From Bigelowiella natans CCMP2755 (lineage: Eukaryota; Protista; Cercozoa), in assembly GCA_000320545.1 (NCBI GenBank), contig ADNK01001598.1, positions 1 through 36,322 of the forward strand: a stretch of DNA of 36,322 bases. Reading direction: 5' to 3'. How positions within the stretch are numbered: position 1 is the stretch's first letter; each line of letters begins with the position of its first letter. This document shows, one piece after another, positions 10,346 to 24,200 of this stretch. The notes under the pieces are model-generated. The model had not been told where the DNA came from. It searched no databases and worked only from the letters and a program-made list of their open reading frames with translations. The position numbers and the translations under genes were made by a program.

Positions 10346-11360
10346 GATTTGCCGCTGATGAGCGTTTCTTCGAACTGTTGCACAACAACGAGCTGCGTGC
10401 ACACTGGAGTGCACCAGCTGGTCCATTGTCACTAGTGTTGATGCAAGCTGCTTCCAAGCGCGCCGCTGCTAAACGATTGAATCATGCAATGATCCAATTC
10501 AACTATGGGGCTTGCACGCAATGTGTGTGCTCCAGTGCGCGTGCATGCCAGCAGCGCACCAGACTAGCAGAGCATGTGGTGCAACATGAGAGCATTGGAC
10601 AAGGATGATGAGGATCAATGTAAGGATGAGGATGAGGAGAACATGTCTAGCTAGCTAGGTGGGTGAGGATGCAAGCGTGTCCACAGTGTCGCGATCAAGC
10701 CGAGCTGCATGGAACACAAACTCTGTCTCCGCCCTTCGCCATCGCTCATCACACGCACGATGCACACGTGCGTGTCGTTCACCACATTGCAGCATGTTTG
10801 CATCAACTAACACACAAAGCACCGCTCATGCATTTTGGTGACTGCTTGGGCAAGTAGCACAAATTGAACAGCATTCACATCAATGAAAACATTTTGGCCT
10901 TGGTTCAGTGCGAAGTTTCGACAAAAAATGAAATGCTTTTCACATGCAATTCCATTGCCCATTGAAAATATTTCTTTCTTTCTGTTCAAAACATCACGGG
11001 CGTCATTCAAGACGTCGAAAAAATGGAAATGGCGAACAGATGACACATCCTCGGAGAAATAATTCCATCATATTTGGTCCATGTGTATTTCCAAAACACT
11101 AATTATATGAATTTAAATGCGAGCAAGAAACTCTTAGGAAGTTTGGAACTAATAATATGTAACGGAGAATTATTTGAAGAATCGTTGTTAGTATTTGGTT
11201 ATGTCGATCCTCTAGCCACGGGGAGTGGAAGATGATAGTAATTCGAGTGAGTGCATGAGTGAGAGAGTGAGTGAGTGAGTGAGTGAGTGAGGTAAATTTT
11301 ATATAAATTAAAAAAGATGATAAGTGACTTTCGGTACATCTAAGAATGAATAAAGATGGT

Positions 11361-11971
11361 TTATATTCTCTTCGCGGCTTTTGGATCTTCGAGGTGTTTA
11401 GCAAGTTTAGATGATATTTTGACAGCGTGTGGTCTCTTAATCGGCTGCAGGCTTTGAGGCCTTCTTGGTCTTGGCCTGGCTGGTATCAAAGAATGAATTC
11501 CAACCACCTCATCCTCCACCTCAGAATCTTCCTTTCTCTTTTTTCGAGCAGGGGAAAGGATCTGGGGCGGGGGAGACCCCACAATGACCTCTCTATCCTC
11601 GCCACCGTCGCTATCAGAAGTGGTGTCACTGTCACTGTCCGGAGTCTTGTTATCGTTGGACACATCGTTTTTCTTCACTACTTTTGAGTGAGAAAGAGGA
11701 AGAGAGCTATTCGTTCCGTTGAGCTCCTCCCCAACGTTCGCCAGGACTGTCTCTACGCTTCGGGTGCTCTTGCTGCTGATATACTCGAAGAATATCCAGG
11801 CAGGCTCGAGGAGGAGGAAATCGATGAATATCGCCATCATCCCAGCGAGAATCCAGTCGTTTGTGTAGTCCTTAGAAACACATAAGCTCAGGGCAAGGCA
11901 ATCTATCTCATTTTATTATACACTCACCCACGCAAATCCACTTACCCACAACATAAATAATATGCACACAC

Positions 11972-12009
<38 letters not shown>

Positions 12010-12258
12010 TATTATATGCATATGTGTGTGCATATCAAGCTGGAGGCTCCAGAATTCGTTAGAAATAGGCATAACTCACTTTCTTTCCTCTGGAGACAAG
12101 TGATTTGTAGCTGGCCGCATGAACGGCCGACAGAAGCGACATGATTATGCTCAGGCCTGATTGACGAACGACATTAATGCTAATTCAAAAAAGGGGAAAC
12201 GCTGCACGAACTTACATAAATGAGGGCATTTAGAATGATATATTATGTTCTATCTGTA

Positions 12259-12295
<37 letters not shown>

Positions 12296-15200
12296 GTGTG
12301 TGTGTGCTTTGAAGATGATGCAAGAGTATAGGAACAAAATTGCTCACCAAAGCATGCTGCAAGCACGGCTCTGGCGGTATCCGTCGAGTATTCAGGAGGA
12401 CTAGCAGCTAATGAAGCCAAACGTTCTCTGAGGAGAAGTTTCTTCGTGGAATCGGACTTGCTAAGATAAAACTTCAGCATCTTCGTAATGAATACTGCAA
12501 TGCACACGGTACAGAATGCCGTGATATACCAGGGCACTTCACCGAAATACCCAAAGAAAAACCTAAAACACATGATTCATGTGAGCGAGTCGAAGAGGAA
12601 GAGAGGCTCTAATCTAGGTAAAACAGCTGATTTATCGTGTCATCTCTGAAGACACACATGCCAAAGAAGAGGGAGGAATATGTATAGTTATGTGACCCGC
12701 TGAGGCCCATGCAACATGCCCAGAACTGAGAAAATAGAAGAAGGCTCTCCATGCTCGAGTGCTGGTCCTCTTCGTCGGTAGTGAAGATAGCGAAGACAAG
12801 ATGATGCTTCCATAGACGGTGGCAGAAGGTATTTGAGACTCGGTCCGGCAGTTTCGGCAAAGCGTCGCTTAGCGAGGAGGCAGGATTTTTCCCTTGAGTG
12901 CTCTCCTCCTTCCTTTCATCGGATGAAGAACCTGCATTCTCATCTACCTCCACGGAGGGTGGCACTGCGACCACTACTTTCGTCTCCCCGGAGGTTGTGC
13001 TACCTCTCCTTCGTCCTACTCCGCGTCCCCGTTTTCCACGTGTTCCTCGTCCTCGACTTCCCCTCAGTTCGTGCTGCTCCCACGCGCGCGTGCGCACTCG
13101 CTCAAGGCTCTGCTTGAAGGTGGCAGAGGAGACTGGCGATGATAGTTTCTTCAGCTTCTGCACGTTGCGATGTAGCGCTCCGCCTCGCCTCGTCCTTCCG
13201 CGCCGAGTTTTCTTGCGACCCATCGGTGATACAGCGGTGTTCCGTATTGGCGTTGTCGAAACGGTGTCTCGTATTGGCGCTGTTGAGGCAGTGCGGCTGC
13301 GGCCGCGTCCTCTAAAGACCCGACCACGTCCTCTACGACCTCCTCGAATACTCCCACAACCTCTTCCTCGGAACGAAGATTCGTTGTTTTGAATCTCATC
13401 CAGTTTTATTTCATCGAAGTCAATTTGGTCCGGATTAAGCTGCCCTGCCCCCACCTCTCGCTGTCCTTGCATTCGCCCCCGCCCCGAAAGCAGTCTGGTA
13501 CTACCCCGTCGCCTCCCTGTAAACATATTCATTTCTATGTCAATACATTAAACTTATTCAGACCGAGAGACGTTACTTGATTTGGGAGCAGTAATTGAAA
13601 ACGGAACTACATGTTAAAATTATTCGGAATGCTTACCTCGCCCTCTCTTCCTCCTAGATGGGTCCGGCTTAGGGAAGAACAGCACATTCTCTGCTGAATT
13701 TACGTTAGGAGAAACTTTATTAACGTCAGAGTCTTTGCTTGCCAAATGGTCACCGTCATCCTCTCTCCCGCCGCTGATTGGGAAGTGGAATGCCTTCCTC
13801 CTCTTCTCCTTGCCATCCTTTTGGGTAATGCTACGAGCTGGCATATCATTTGAGTCGTCGTTGTCCATCGGTGCGACGACCCACGAACCTACGGCATTTT
13901 TGGTCTTCTTCTCAGTCTTATCCGGTTTCGCCGATGCGACATTAGTAGCCGTCAAATCATCTTTCTCATCTATCCACCCCTTCTTCGTTCCACCATTATG
14001 TGTGCTGGACGGTAAGAGATTTCGAAGCCATCCTCCGCTTCCAGGTGCTTCTTCCGCCTTTTCTTCTACCTTAGCCCCGGAACTATCCTCTTCAGTGATG
14101 GGAATTGGATGAATTTTCTTCGAGGAAGAGGAAAAGGCAGAGAGGGGGGACAGAATCGATTTCCTTTTATGAGTGGGAGAGTTTGCCATACCGTCGTCTT
14201 TGAAGGTGATTTGCATATGGCTCAGGTCCAAACCGTTATCTTCCTTCGATTTCTTTTTGAAGATCATCGAATTTGAGGCGGGCTGAAGTTTGCTCGCTAT
14301 CTCCTTATCTCGTTGCCGCACGTAGGGTAGCAGAATCAACGAGAGCCCCCCTGAGAGCAGTATCATGAGGAAGGGGATGTAAGAGCTCGTCAGGGCATTG
14401 ATGAAGTCGAGGCTCTCATCGTTCGGAACCGCATTTGTCTGTGCATATCTCACACGAAAGCTCCCAGTCTGATCTGTCTCCGACACCAGCATAGCTGATG
14501 TTTCTCCTGTGCTGGCGAGGAAATTCAACGGGCGTGCGCCTTCTGCGTTCCCGGAAACAACTACACCTTGAGGCGATGTGCTCGTCATGCACATTCCCAT
14601 TGTCCAGTTGTATGAAACATCGTTCCACACTTCGCACTCGAAAGTTCGGTCTTCTTCCGCTGCGATAGAAGTGACGAGGGGTTGTGTGAAGGTGATTCTT
14701 TCTGATAAAAATTCAGGAATTGAGAAGGATCGCGGGGCACCGTCTTGGTATGCTGATATTTGTACGACTCCCGACACGGTGGAAGCATTTCGCGCTTCTG
14801 CTGCATTACTAGGGTCGGTATTGAATCCACTGCGCTCTCCAGCCAGTGTAAGATAGTCACTAGAGCTCGAGACAAGAACAATCTCGAAGTTACCCGTTGG
14901 AAACCACGCCTGCAACACCTTAGAAGGGATGCTTATCTCGACATCGCTGGATGAGAGGAGGTTCGGAACTCGCTCGTTCTTCAGGTTCAAGGAGGCATTG
15001 CCGATCATTCCAAGCTCATACTTGGAAATTTCCACCTGCATGGAGCCTTTCGCCACGACGAAGGGACTCTCTCCGGGGACAAGTTCCTTGGCTACTGCGG
15101 CGAGCATCGTGTCCACGATCTCTGAAAAGGTATCTAGCCCCTCAACACCATGCTCACCCTTCGTAAGAACACCCTCTGCAGCCTGGAGGACAGAATTCGA

Positions 15201-18200
15201 GATCACAGTTTTCTGCACCATGTCCGCAAATTCGTCTGAGGCAATTTGGGACATGACCCTCTGCGCAAGCTGGAGGCTTTCGAGGGCCGTTGGAGGATCA
15301 ATACGCCCTAGCGACAACGATGAGGTTTCAACAATATATGCCAGCGTTTGAGTAATGCATTGCGCATTCATGGACGTGTTGGGAGTATTCGTGTGCAGAG
15401 TTGTGAGACTGGAAAGCGAGTCCCTGACCAGCGACAGGCCCATGTCGGATTCAGTCATTGAGTTGTTGACGATCTCATGGTTCCTTACAAGGCTCATGAT
15501 GTTGACAATCTCCGAGGTCGTGGTCGGCAAGTCCCCATGAAGTGCGGCGGTCTTTACTGTATCGCTCATCATGAAACTAGCCTCGATGTCATTCATGGGG
15601 TTGGTTGACCTGTTCACTTGAATTAAAAAATCGCGTGTTGTCATAGCCCCGTGAAGGCTCTTCACCGTTGCACGGATGATCAAGGAATAGTTACACTTCG
15701 GGTCTCCAAGTGGCGGCAGGATACCCTCGATTTTATGGTTTGGTGTGAAGGGGCGGTACATGAGTTCGGATCTCGTGGCATTAGACCCGCTTTCGGTACC
15801 ATCGGTATTAAACCCATCCCAGCTCATAAGCTCGAATTGGTAAGTGAGCGTGGACGCCTGTAGCCCTTGCCCATCCCCCCAACCGCTACACCAAAATTCG
15901 AATTGGGTCAAGCCCACTACCCCACTTCGAGGGTTAGCCCCGCAGGACGCTGTATGGCCCTGAGAACTAGTTGGTACGGCATACGTGCCTATCAGGATTG
16001 AGGCCTTTCCATAGAAGACACCTCTATTCACTGTGAGAGAGACAACAATCCAAGATCCTGGCTCGAACATATCTTCTTTTATCACAATGACACTTGAATT
16101 CTTCGCTGAGGCAAACGCGTTGGTGTGCTGAAGACCCGTTATGTTCCAGTTGTAATACGCTATTGCTGCCGCCTCGGTTCCTTCACTCTTAGCAATCACA
16201 GCACTTAACTTCAGCCTCCTATCCGAGGTTATCATAACGCCTTGTGGAGTCGTACTGTGCTTTGAGAGAATGACAATGGACGTCGTGAGCACCGGGTTGT
16301 CAACGAAGAGCACATTGATCTTGGCGCTCGATGACCTCCCACGGTTATTGACTGTGCATACATACTCACATATGCATCCCGGCGAGCTAGAAGCTGCAGT
16401 GATTCTCAGAGAAGCATTGTTTGTTATTGTATCGGTCTTGATACCGCCATCGCAGCTGCTGGTTTTGCAAGAGACGTTCCAGGCGAAGGTCAGCGCTTCA
16501 GTCGGATTATCGGGATCGTATGAACTCGAGGCATCAAGCGTAAAAGGTGCATTAGCATACTGGTGGAACTCAGAGCCGCCCTGAATCTTTGCAACTATTG
16601 GCGCAGGTTGGACACTGACGCATGTCGCGTCGGACCCATAGTACTCATCCCCATCTGAGAGCATTGTGGCCGTAAAGTTGAAGCAGTAGTCGTGGCCGCT
16701 GGTCAGAGAGTTGGCAGCGATGTGGAGATGGGAGACGTGCATGTTCACAGTCGTCGGAATTGTTGGCCCGCTCAACTGAGTCCACACGAACGTAAAGTTT
16801 GCAATACCGGACATGCAGCGCCGAGAGTTCACACTCACGTAAAGGTCGACAGGCATCTCTACGCTAATATTCAGCACGTTTGACGTGTGCATTTGTACTT
16901 CTGCAGTGACCCACTTGAAGCACGGACTTGGAGCGGCTGTGGAAGGGCTGCATGTTGTTGGGCTTAGTGTTGTCGGCGTGCACGTAGGGTTTTCAGTACT
17001 GGGACTATGAGTCGTTGGTGTCTGGGTTGGGTTTGCTGTTGTTGGCGTGCAAGTAACTGGTGATAGCGTGCTGGGGGAAAGAGTTGTCGGACTCAATGTA
17101 GTTGGTGTTAGACTTGGACATGCTGTAGTAGGTCCGCATGAAGTTGGGGTCTGCGTGCTTGGCGACATAGTGGTCGGGCCAACAGTCGTTGGACCACAAG
17201 TGGTCGGTGTTGAAGTGGGATTCGCTGTGGTGGGGCCTACCGTCGTGGGTGACCGACTTGTAGGCGAAAGCGTTGTCGGCCCGCACGTCCTTGGGCTACA
17301 TGATGTTGGCGAATATGTTGTGGGTCCAACTGTGGTTGGGGACTGTGTTGTCGGTCCATCAGTGGAGGGAGAGCAAGTCGTAGGCCCACAGGTGGTTGGG
17401 CTGAGGGTGGAAGGTCCACAGGTCGTAGGACCACTGGTTGTGGGACCCAACGTTGTTGGCCCACAGGTTGCAGGACTCAACGTTGTTGGTCCACAGGTTG
17501 TTGGGCCCAACGTTGTTGGCCCACAGGTTGTTGGGCTCAGCGTTGTTGGCCCAAGGGTTGTGGGACTCAGCGTTGTTGGTCCAAAGGTGGTAGGCTCACA
17601 AGTTGTTGGGCCTAGGGTGGTGGGTCCACATGTCGTGGGTCCGATCGTGGTAGGGCCACAGGTTGTAGGAGAGAATGTGGGATTCGCTGTCGTAGGGCCG
17701 CAGGTTGTAGGGCCACATGTAGAGGGGCCCATTGTCGTAGGTGATAATGTAGTGGGTCCACAGGTTGTAGGGGAGACTGAAATGCAATTCATTCACACAA
17801 ATGACAATCAGAGATAAGTCAGCGTACCCTCAAAATCATCATTAACATACTCTATTAGTCTAATGAAATACATGTCGGATTTGCAGTTGTCGGTCCACAT
17901 GTTGTAGGTCCTTGCGTTGTTGGCCCGCATGTGGTTGGACCGCATGTCGTCGGTCCACAGGTGGTGGGCCCACAAGTCGAAGGTGACGACGAGGTTGGAG
18001 CGCACGTTGTAGGACCGCAGGTGGTTGGCCCGCACGTTGTAGGCCCTGCAGTAGTGGGTCCATGGGTGGTCGGTCCACAAGTCGAGGGAGAAGAAGTAGA
18101 AGGAGAACAACTCGACGGTCCACAGGTTGATGGTCCACACGTTGTAGGCCCTAATGTGGAGGGCCCAACCGTCGTTGGACCCAAAGTTGTAGGACTGCAA

Positions 18201-21200
18201 GTTGTGGGCCCCACCGTTGTGGGATTGCAGGTTGAAGGTCCACAAGTTGTGGGTCCACATGTCGTAGGGCCTGTGCAGGGAGGGGACATTTCACACACAT
18301 CACACCAAAGTTTAGCATTGTGAACACCCGTCCAATTTGCTGTGTTGAAGTTTCTGAACTACACTCTGTTTTGTCAGCACAAAATGACATCATGTGGTGT
18401 GCGTGCCGCCACCTTGAGTTGTTGGCCCGCAGGTGGTGGGACCACAGGTTGTCGGCCCACAGGTCGTTGGTCCAAGGGTAGTGGGCCCTGCAAGAAATGT
18501 GTCAATCATTTTTCGATGTGCAAGCGAGCGAACCCACGATGTGCTTCGGAATTGTGAGGAACGAAAATGAATGACCTTGTGTTGTCGGTCCACAGGTGGA
18601 AGGTCCGCACGTTGTTGGTTCACAAGTTGTTGGCCCGAGAGTCGTGGGTCCGCAAGTAGTTGGTCCAGTTGTGGAAGGACTCATCGTGGTGGGGGAGCAT
18701 GTGGTGGGCCCGAAGGTGGTTGGCCCACAAGTTGAAGGTGCACAAGTCGTTGGTCCACCAGTCGTTGGCCCACACGTCGTTGGTCCGCGTGTTGTTGGTC
18801 CCATGGTGGTGGGTGCACACGATGAGGGGCTGCAACTCGAGGGACTGCACGTCGAGGGTGCACACGTGGTGGGTCCGCACGTTGTGGGCCCACAAGTCGT
18901 TGGACTGCAAGTCGTCGGCCCATTGGTAGTCGGAGCGCAAGTCGTTGGACCACAAGATGATGGCGAGCGAGTGGACGGGGCACAAGTGGTTGGTCCACAC
19001 GTGGTGGGGCCACAGGTGCTCGGAGCCACAGTCGTTGGCCCACAGCTTGTTGGCGAGCAAGTCGTCGGTCCGCAGGTTGTTGGCCCGCACGTGGTGGGAC
19101 CTGTCGAAGTGGGACCGCATGTGGATGGGGAGCATGTGGTGGGCCCACGTGTCGTTGGCCCTGATTCAAATTCAAACAACTTCATCACACAAACAATTCA
19201 CTCAAACGAAATGATCTCATCAAGTGCAATGTTGAAGAGCCCCAAAATGCTCTGCTGTCTCACCTTGGGTGGTGGGCTCACGTGTGGTGGGTCCACAGGT
19301 TGTCGGTCCACGTGTGGTTGGCCCGCACGTGGTGGGGCTGCACGAAGAAGGCGCATGAGTTGTCGGACCGAGGGTCGTGGGGCCGCACGTTGTCGGCCCG
19401 CAAGTGCTGGGTCCACACGTTGTTGGTCCACACGTTGTTGGACCTGAGGTTGTGGGTCCGCAGGTCGTGGGTCCAACTGTTGTGGGCGAAAAGGTGGTGG
19501 GTCCGCAGGTTGTTGGTCCGCAGGTTGTGGGCCCAGAAGTTGTCGGCCCACAAGTTGTTGGACCACACGTTGTGGGGCTGCAAGTGCTGGGGCCAAGTGT
19601 TGTCGGCACCAGAGTCGTGGGACCACAAGTGGTGGGCCCGCAACTTGTGGGGCCACACGTCGTTGGGCTCAAAGTCTGAGTGCAATCACAGAAAAGCCAA
19701 ATCTCAATGCAATGTTTCGTCTGAGTGACACTCAATTTCATTCAAGGTGTGAATCGAACCGTTGGAGCGAGGGTCGTCGGTCCACAAGTTGTTGGTCCAG
19801 AAGTTGTGGGTCCAACAGTGGTGGGTCCACAGGTGCTTGGTCCGCACGTTGTGGGACTAACGGTTGTCGGATTGCACGTTGTCGGTCCACAGGTCGTTGG
19901 CCCTGCTGTGGTCGGCCCACAGGTCGAAGGTCCACAAGTTGTGGGCGAGCAAGTTGTTGGCCCCAAAGTGGTGGGGCCTCGGGTTGTTGGACTGCACGTG
20001 ACAGGTCCACACGTTGTGGGCCCGCACGTGGATGGACCGCACGTTGATGGTCCGCAGGTGGATGGCCCACACGTGCTGGGACTGGTTGTGGTTGGCGCCA
20101 AGGTTGACGGACTGAAGGTGGTTGGTCCACACGTCGTCGGTCCACCTGTTGTGGGTCCGAGCGTGGACGGACTGAACGTTGTTGGAGCGCACGTGGAAGG
20201 CCCACAAGTTGTCGGACCGCAGGTTGTGGGCTGGCACGTTGTGGGCCCACACGTCGTCGGGCCCTGAGTGGTGGGTCCTGCCGTTGTTGGCCCGCAAGTG
20301 GTGGGGCCACAAGTCGTGGGACCGAAGGTCTGTGTGATTGCAATGACAAAATCAGAATCCATGGCAAAATCCCCAAGCAAACAAATCACCGTGCAAAGTG
20401 ATGAAAGCAAACGAACAAAAATCTTGGGAAACAATTTTGGAATGTTTGCACCGTTGGGCCAGGTGTGGTGGGGCTTGGAGTTGTCGGACTGCACGTCGTT
20501 GGCCCTGGCGTTGTGGGTCCCATCGTGGTGGGACTGCAAGTCGTGGGTCCACAGGTTGTTGGCCCGCAGGATGTCGGTCCACGAGTTGTTGGTCCACACG
20601 TTGTGGGCCCACAAGTTGTCGGACCGAGAGTGGTGGGTCCGAATGTCGTTGGCCCACAAGTCGAAGGGCCGATGGTTGTTGGTCCAAGAGTTGTGGGCCC
20701 GCAAGTGGTGGGCCCGCATGTGGTTGGTCCGCAGGTGGATGGCCCGCATGTGGTTGGTCCGCAGCTGGTTGGCGAGCACGTGGTTGGCCCACAAGAAGTG
20801 GGACTGAAAGTCGTGGGTCCAAAGGAGGTCGGTCCACAAGTGGTTGGTCCACAGGTTGTGGGTGCATGAGTGGTTGGTCCACAAGTTGTGGGCCCCATGG
20901 TGGAAGGCCCACGTGTGGTGGGTCCCTGCGTTGAGGGGCCACAAGTTGTCGGTCCAGCTGTTGTGGGCCCTGCAAAAAAAAAATTGAAAATGAGAGATGC
21001 TGTGAAAACGAATGCACTTCCGTGAACGTGTGCATCAGAACGGGAAGTCTGTCTTTCAATCTCAAAGTGCCCATCGCAATTTTGAGAAGAGCAGGCATGA
21101 GAAGCATTCTCTCAAGATTCCCCTCAAACCACTTCCACTCTCTCTTGCAGCGATCTCCAAAAATTGCCCTCCCTCCAAAGTGAAACAACCTGAAGTAGTT

Positions 21201-24200
21201 GGCCCATGTGTTGTGGGACCACAACTCGTGGGGCCACACGTGCTTGGACCAATGGTGGTTGGGCTCCATGTGGTGGGGCCTTGCGTTGTGGGACCGCAAG
21301 TAGTTGGTCCGATTGTGGTTGGTCCCAACGTGGTGGGGCTAGAAGAAGACGGTGAACATGTTGTGGGCTCACCAGTAGTTGGTCCACAAGTTGTGGGCCC
21401 ACACGTGGTTGGCCCACAAGTCGTGGGCCCGCAGGTCGAAGGCCCACACGTTGTGGGGCCGCAAGTCGTAGGCGCCGTGGTTGTGGGCCCACACGTGGAC
21501 GGGCTGAAAGTCGAGGGACTGCAAGAAGAAGGAGAACACGTTGTTGGGCCCCTGGTGGATGGACTGCACGAAGTTGGCCCACATGTCGATGGCCCCATGG
21601 TTGTGGGACCGCACGTTGTGGGCCCACTGGTCGTCGGTGAGTTGGTGGTTGGGCCTGGAATCACACAAACGATTGCAACTTGTCAGTTGCGATGTGTCAT
21701 TGCTGACATTGTTTGAGAGAGGGATTCTAAATGCATTCCATGTAGACTTGCTGCAGCTCATCATGTGAATTCAACACTCATCACTTACCCGTCGATGTGG
21801 GACTGAGCGTTGTTGGTGCACACGTGCTAGGACACAGTGTCGTAGGCCCGCATGTTGTCGGCCCTCTCGTCGTCGGAGCAACGGTAGAGGGGGATTGTGT
21901 GGTCGGACTGAACGAGGTAGGATGACCGGAAGTAGGATGGACTGTTATTGGATGACAACTGGAGGGATGCAACGTAGACGGGGACATTGAACTCGGGCTA
22001 CAAGTCGTTGGACCACAAGAGGAAGGCCCACACGTGCTCGGTGTCAGAGTTGATGGCCCGCAGGTTGTGGGGCTACATGAGCTCGGAGAGCAGGTTGTAG
22101 GTCCCAAAGTTGATGGTCCACAGGATGTCGGAGAGCAGGTGGTGGGTGCAAGCGACGAGGGTGACATTGTCGTAGGTCCCGAGGTGGTTGGTCCACATGT
22201 TGCAGGACCAAGAGTTGTTGGCCCGCACGTTGTTGGTCCGCATGTTATGGGGCCTAATGTTGTGAATGAAATTGTTTTGATTAGTGACACCGTCTTAACT
22301 AGTATGAATTGCTGCGATGTTACCATGAGTAGTTGGACCAACTGTTGTCGGCCCGAGTGTTGTGGGCCCACAGGTTGTTGGACCTACTGTAGTCGGTCCA
22401 GTTGTGGTGGGACCACAGGTCGAAGGTCCGAGTGTCGTGGGGGAGCATGTCGTTGGCCCGAACGTAGTTGGTCCAAGAGTCGTCGGCGCGACGCTAGTTG
22501 GTGCTGTAGTCGTTGGACCTAAGGTAGTGGGACAACAAGTCGTCGGACCGAAGGTGGTTGGTCCCCAAGTAGATGGACTCATGGTTGTTGGTCCACTGGA
22601 CGTCGGACTGGAAGATGTTGGACCACACGTTGTTGGTCCCCACGTTGAAGGCACACCTGTCGTTGGTCCACTAGTTGTTGGCCCGCAAGTAGATGGACTC
22701 ACCGTTGTGGGTCCACTGGTTGTCGGACTGTGGGTTGTTGGCCCGCACGTTGTAGGCCCACATGTTGTAGGCCCATCAGTAGTAGGACCAGCAGTAGTTG
22801 GCCCACACGTTGTAGGTCCGCACGTTGTTGGTCCGCACGTCGAAGGCGCGCCTGTTGTTGGTCCACTAGTTGTTGGCCCGCAGGTAGTTGGACTCACCGT
22901 TGTGGGTCCACTAGTTGTCGGACTACAGGTTGTTGGTCCACACGATGTAGGCCCGCATGTTGTTGGTCCATCAGTGGTGGGACCAGTAGTAGTTGGTCCG
23001 CACGTCGAAGGCGCACCTGTTGTCGGTCCACTGGTTGTTGGTTCACAAGAAGATGGACTTGTGGTTGTTGGTCCTAACGTTGTAGGACTGAAAGTTGTTG
23101 GTCCGAATGTGGTAGGACTGAAAGTGGATGGCCCGACCGTAGTAGGTCCTAATTGCAGGTTACGAAGTTGTGAGCTGCTATCGAAGCACTTTCTAAAAGG
23201 CATGGTTTAGGATTAATTTTCACCAATATGACTAGTTGTACATCAAAGAAAACAAAAGCTTTTTGTACCTTGAGTCGTCGGCCCCTGTGTAGATGGACTA
23301 GCAGTAGTTGGTCCTTGTGTTGTTGGCGCCTCTGTTGTCGGTCCAGCTGTAGTTGGTCCTAGCGTTGTCGGCGCGACGCTGCTTGGTGATGTAGTTGTTG
23401 GTTCTGAGGTAGTGGGGCCAGTAGTTGTTGGTCCGGAAGTTGATGGTGTTAGAGTTGTTGGCCCACAAGTTGTCGGGCAGAGGGTAGTTGGACCGTAGGT
23501 TGTGGGGCCGGATGATGTAGGGGTCAGTGTTGAAGGACTAAGAGTTGTAGGTACATGAGTTGAGGGGCTGGAGGATGTTGGTCCACAAGTGGTGGGGCCT
23601 TCTGTGGTAGGACCAGGTGTCGTAGGTTCGCATGTTGTAGGCGCTAGTGTGGTTGGGCCCTGGGTTGTCGGCGTGCGAGTAGTAGGACCGCTCGTCGTTG
23701 GGCCAAATGTCGTAGGCCCTGTGGTCGAGGGATTACATGTAATTGGTCCACACGTTGTAGGCCCGCAGGTTGTTGGCCCTATTGTAGGTGAAGAGATTCA
23801 TTTTACAATGTAGAGAATAAATGTGTCTTCAAATAAGAGTCTAATACGAAATTTAGCAGAAATATAAGAATAAGAAACCTAGAGTTGTCGGTCCTTGAGT
23901 GGTGGGACTAAAGGTGGTAGGTCCACAAGTTGTTGGACCGTTTGTGGATGGTGCGACTGTAGTGGGGCTAGAGGTTGAAGGAGCCAAAGATGTTGGAGAG
24001 CAAGTCGAAGGCCCGCATGTTGAAGGAGCCAAAGTTGTGGGTGCGTGTGTAGAAGGCGCACACGTGGATGGACCACTCGTTGTCGGACAGCAGCTAGATG
24101 GACTTAAGCTTGTGGGTCCGCATGTTGTAGGCCCACATGTTGTTGGCCCATCAGTAGTAGGACCAACAGTCGTTGGCTCGCAAGTTGTTGGTCCGCACGT

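Noticed and set aside
10346-11050. CpG methylation decay as the cause of TG/CA excess
   Set aside because: CpG is still common in these patches; the missing dinucleotide is TpA.
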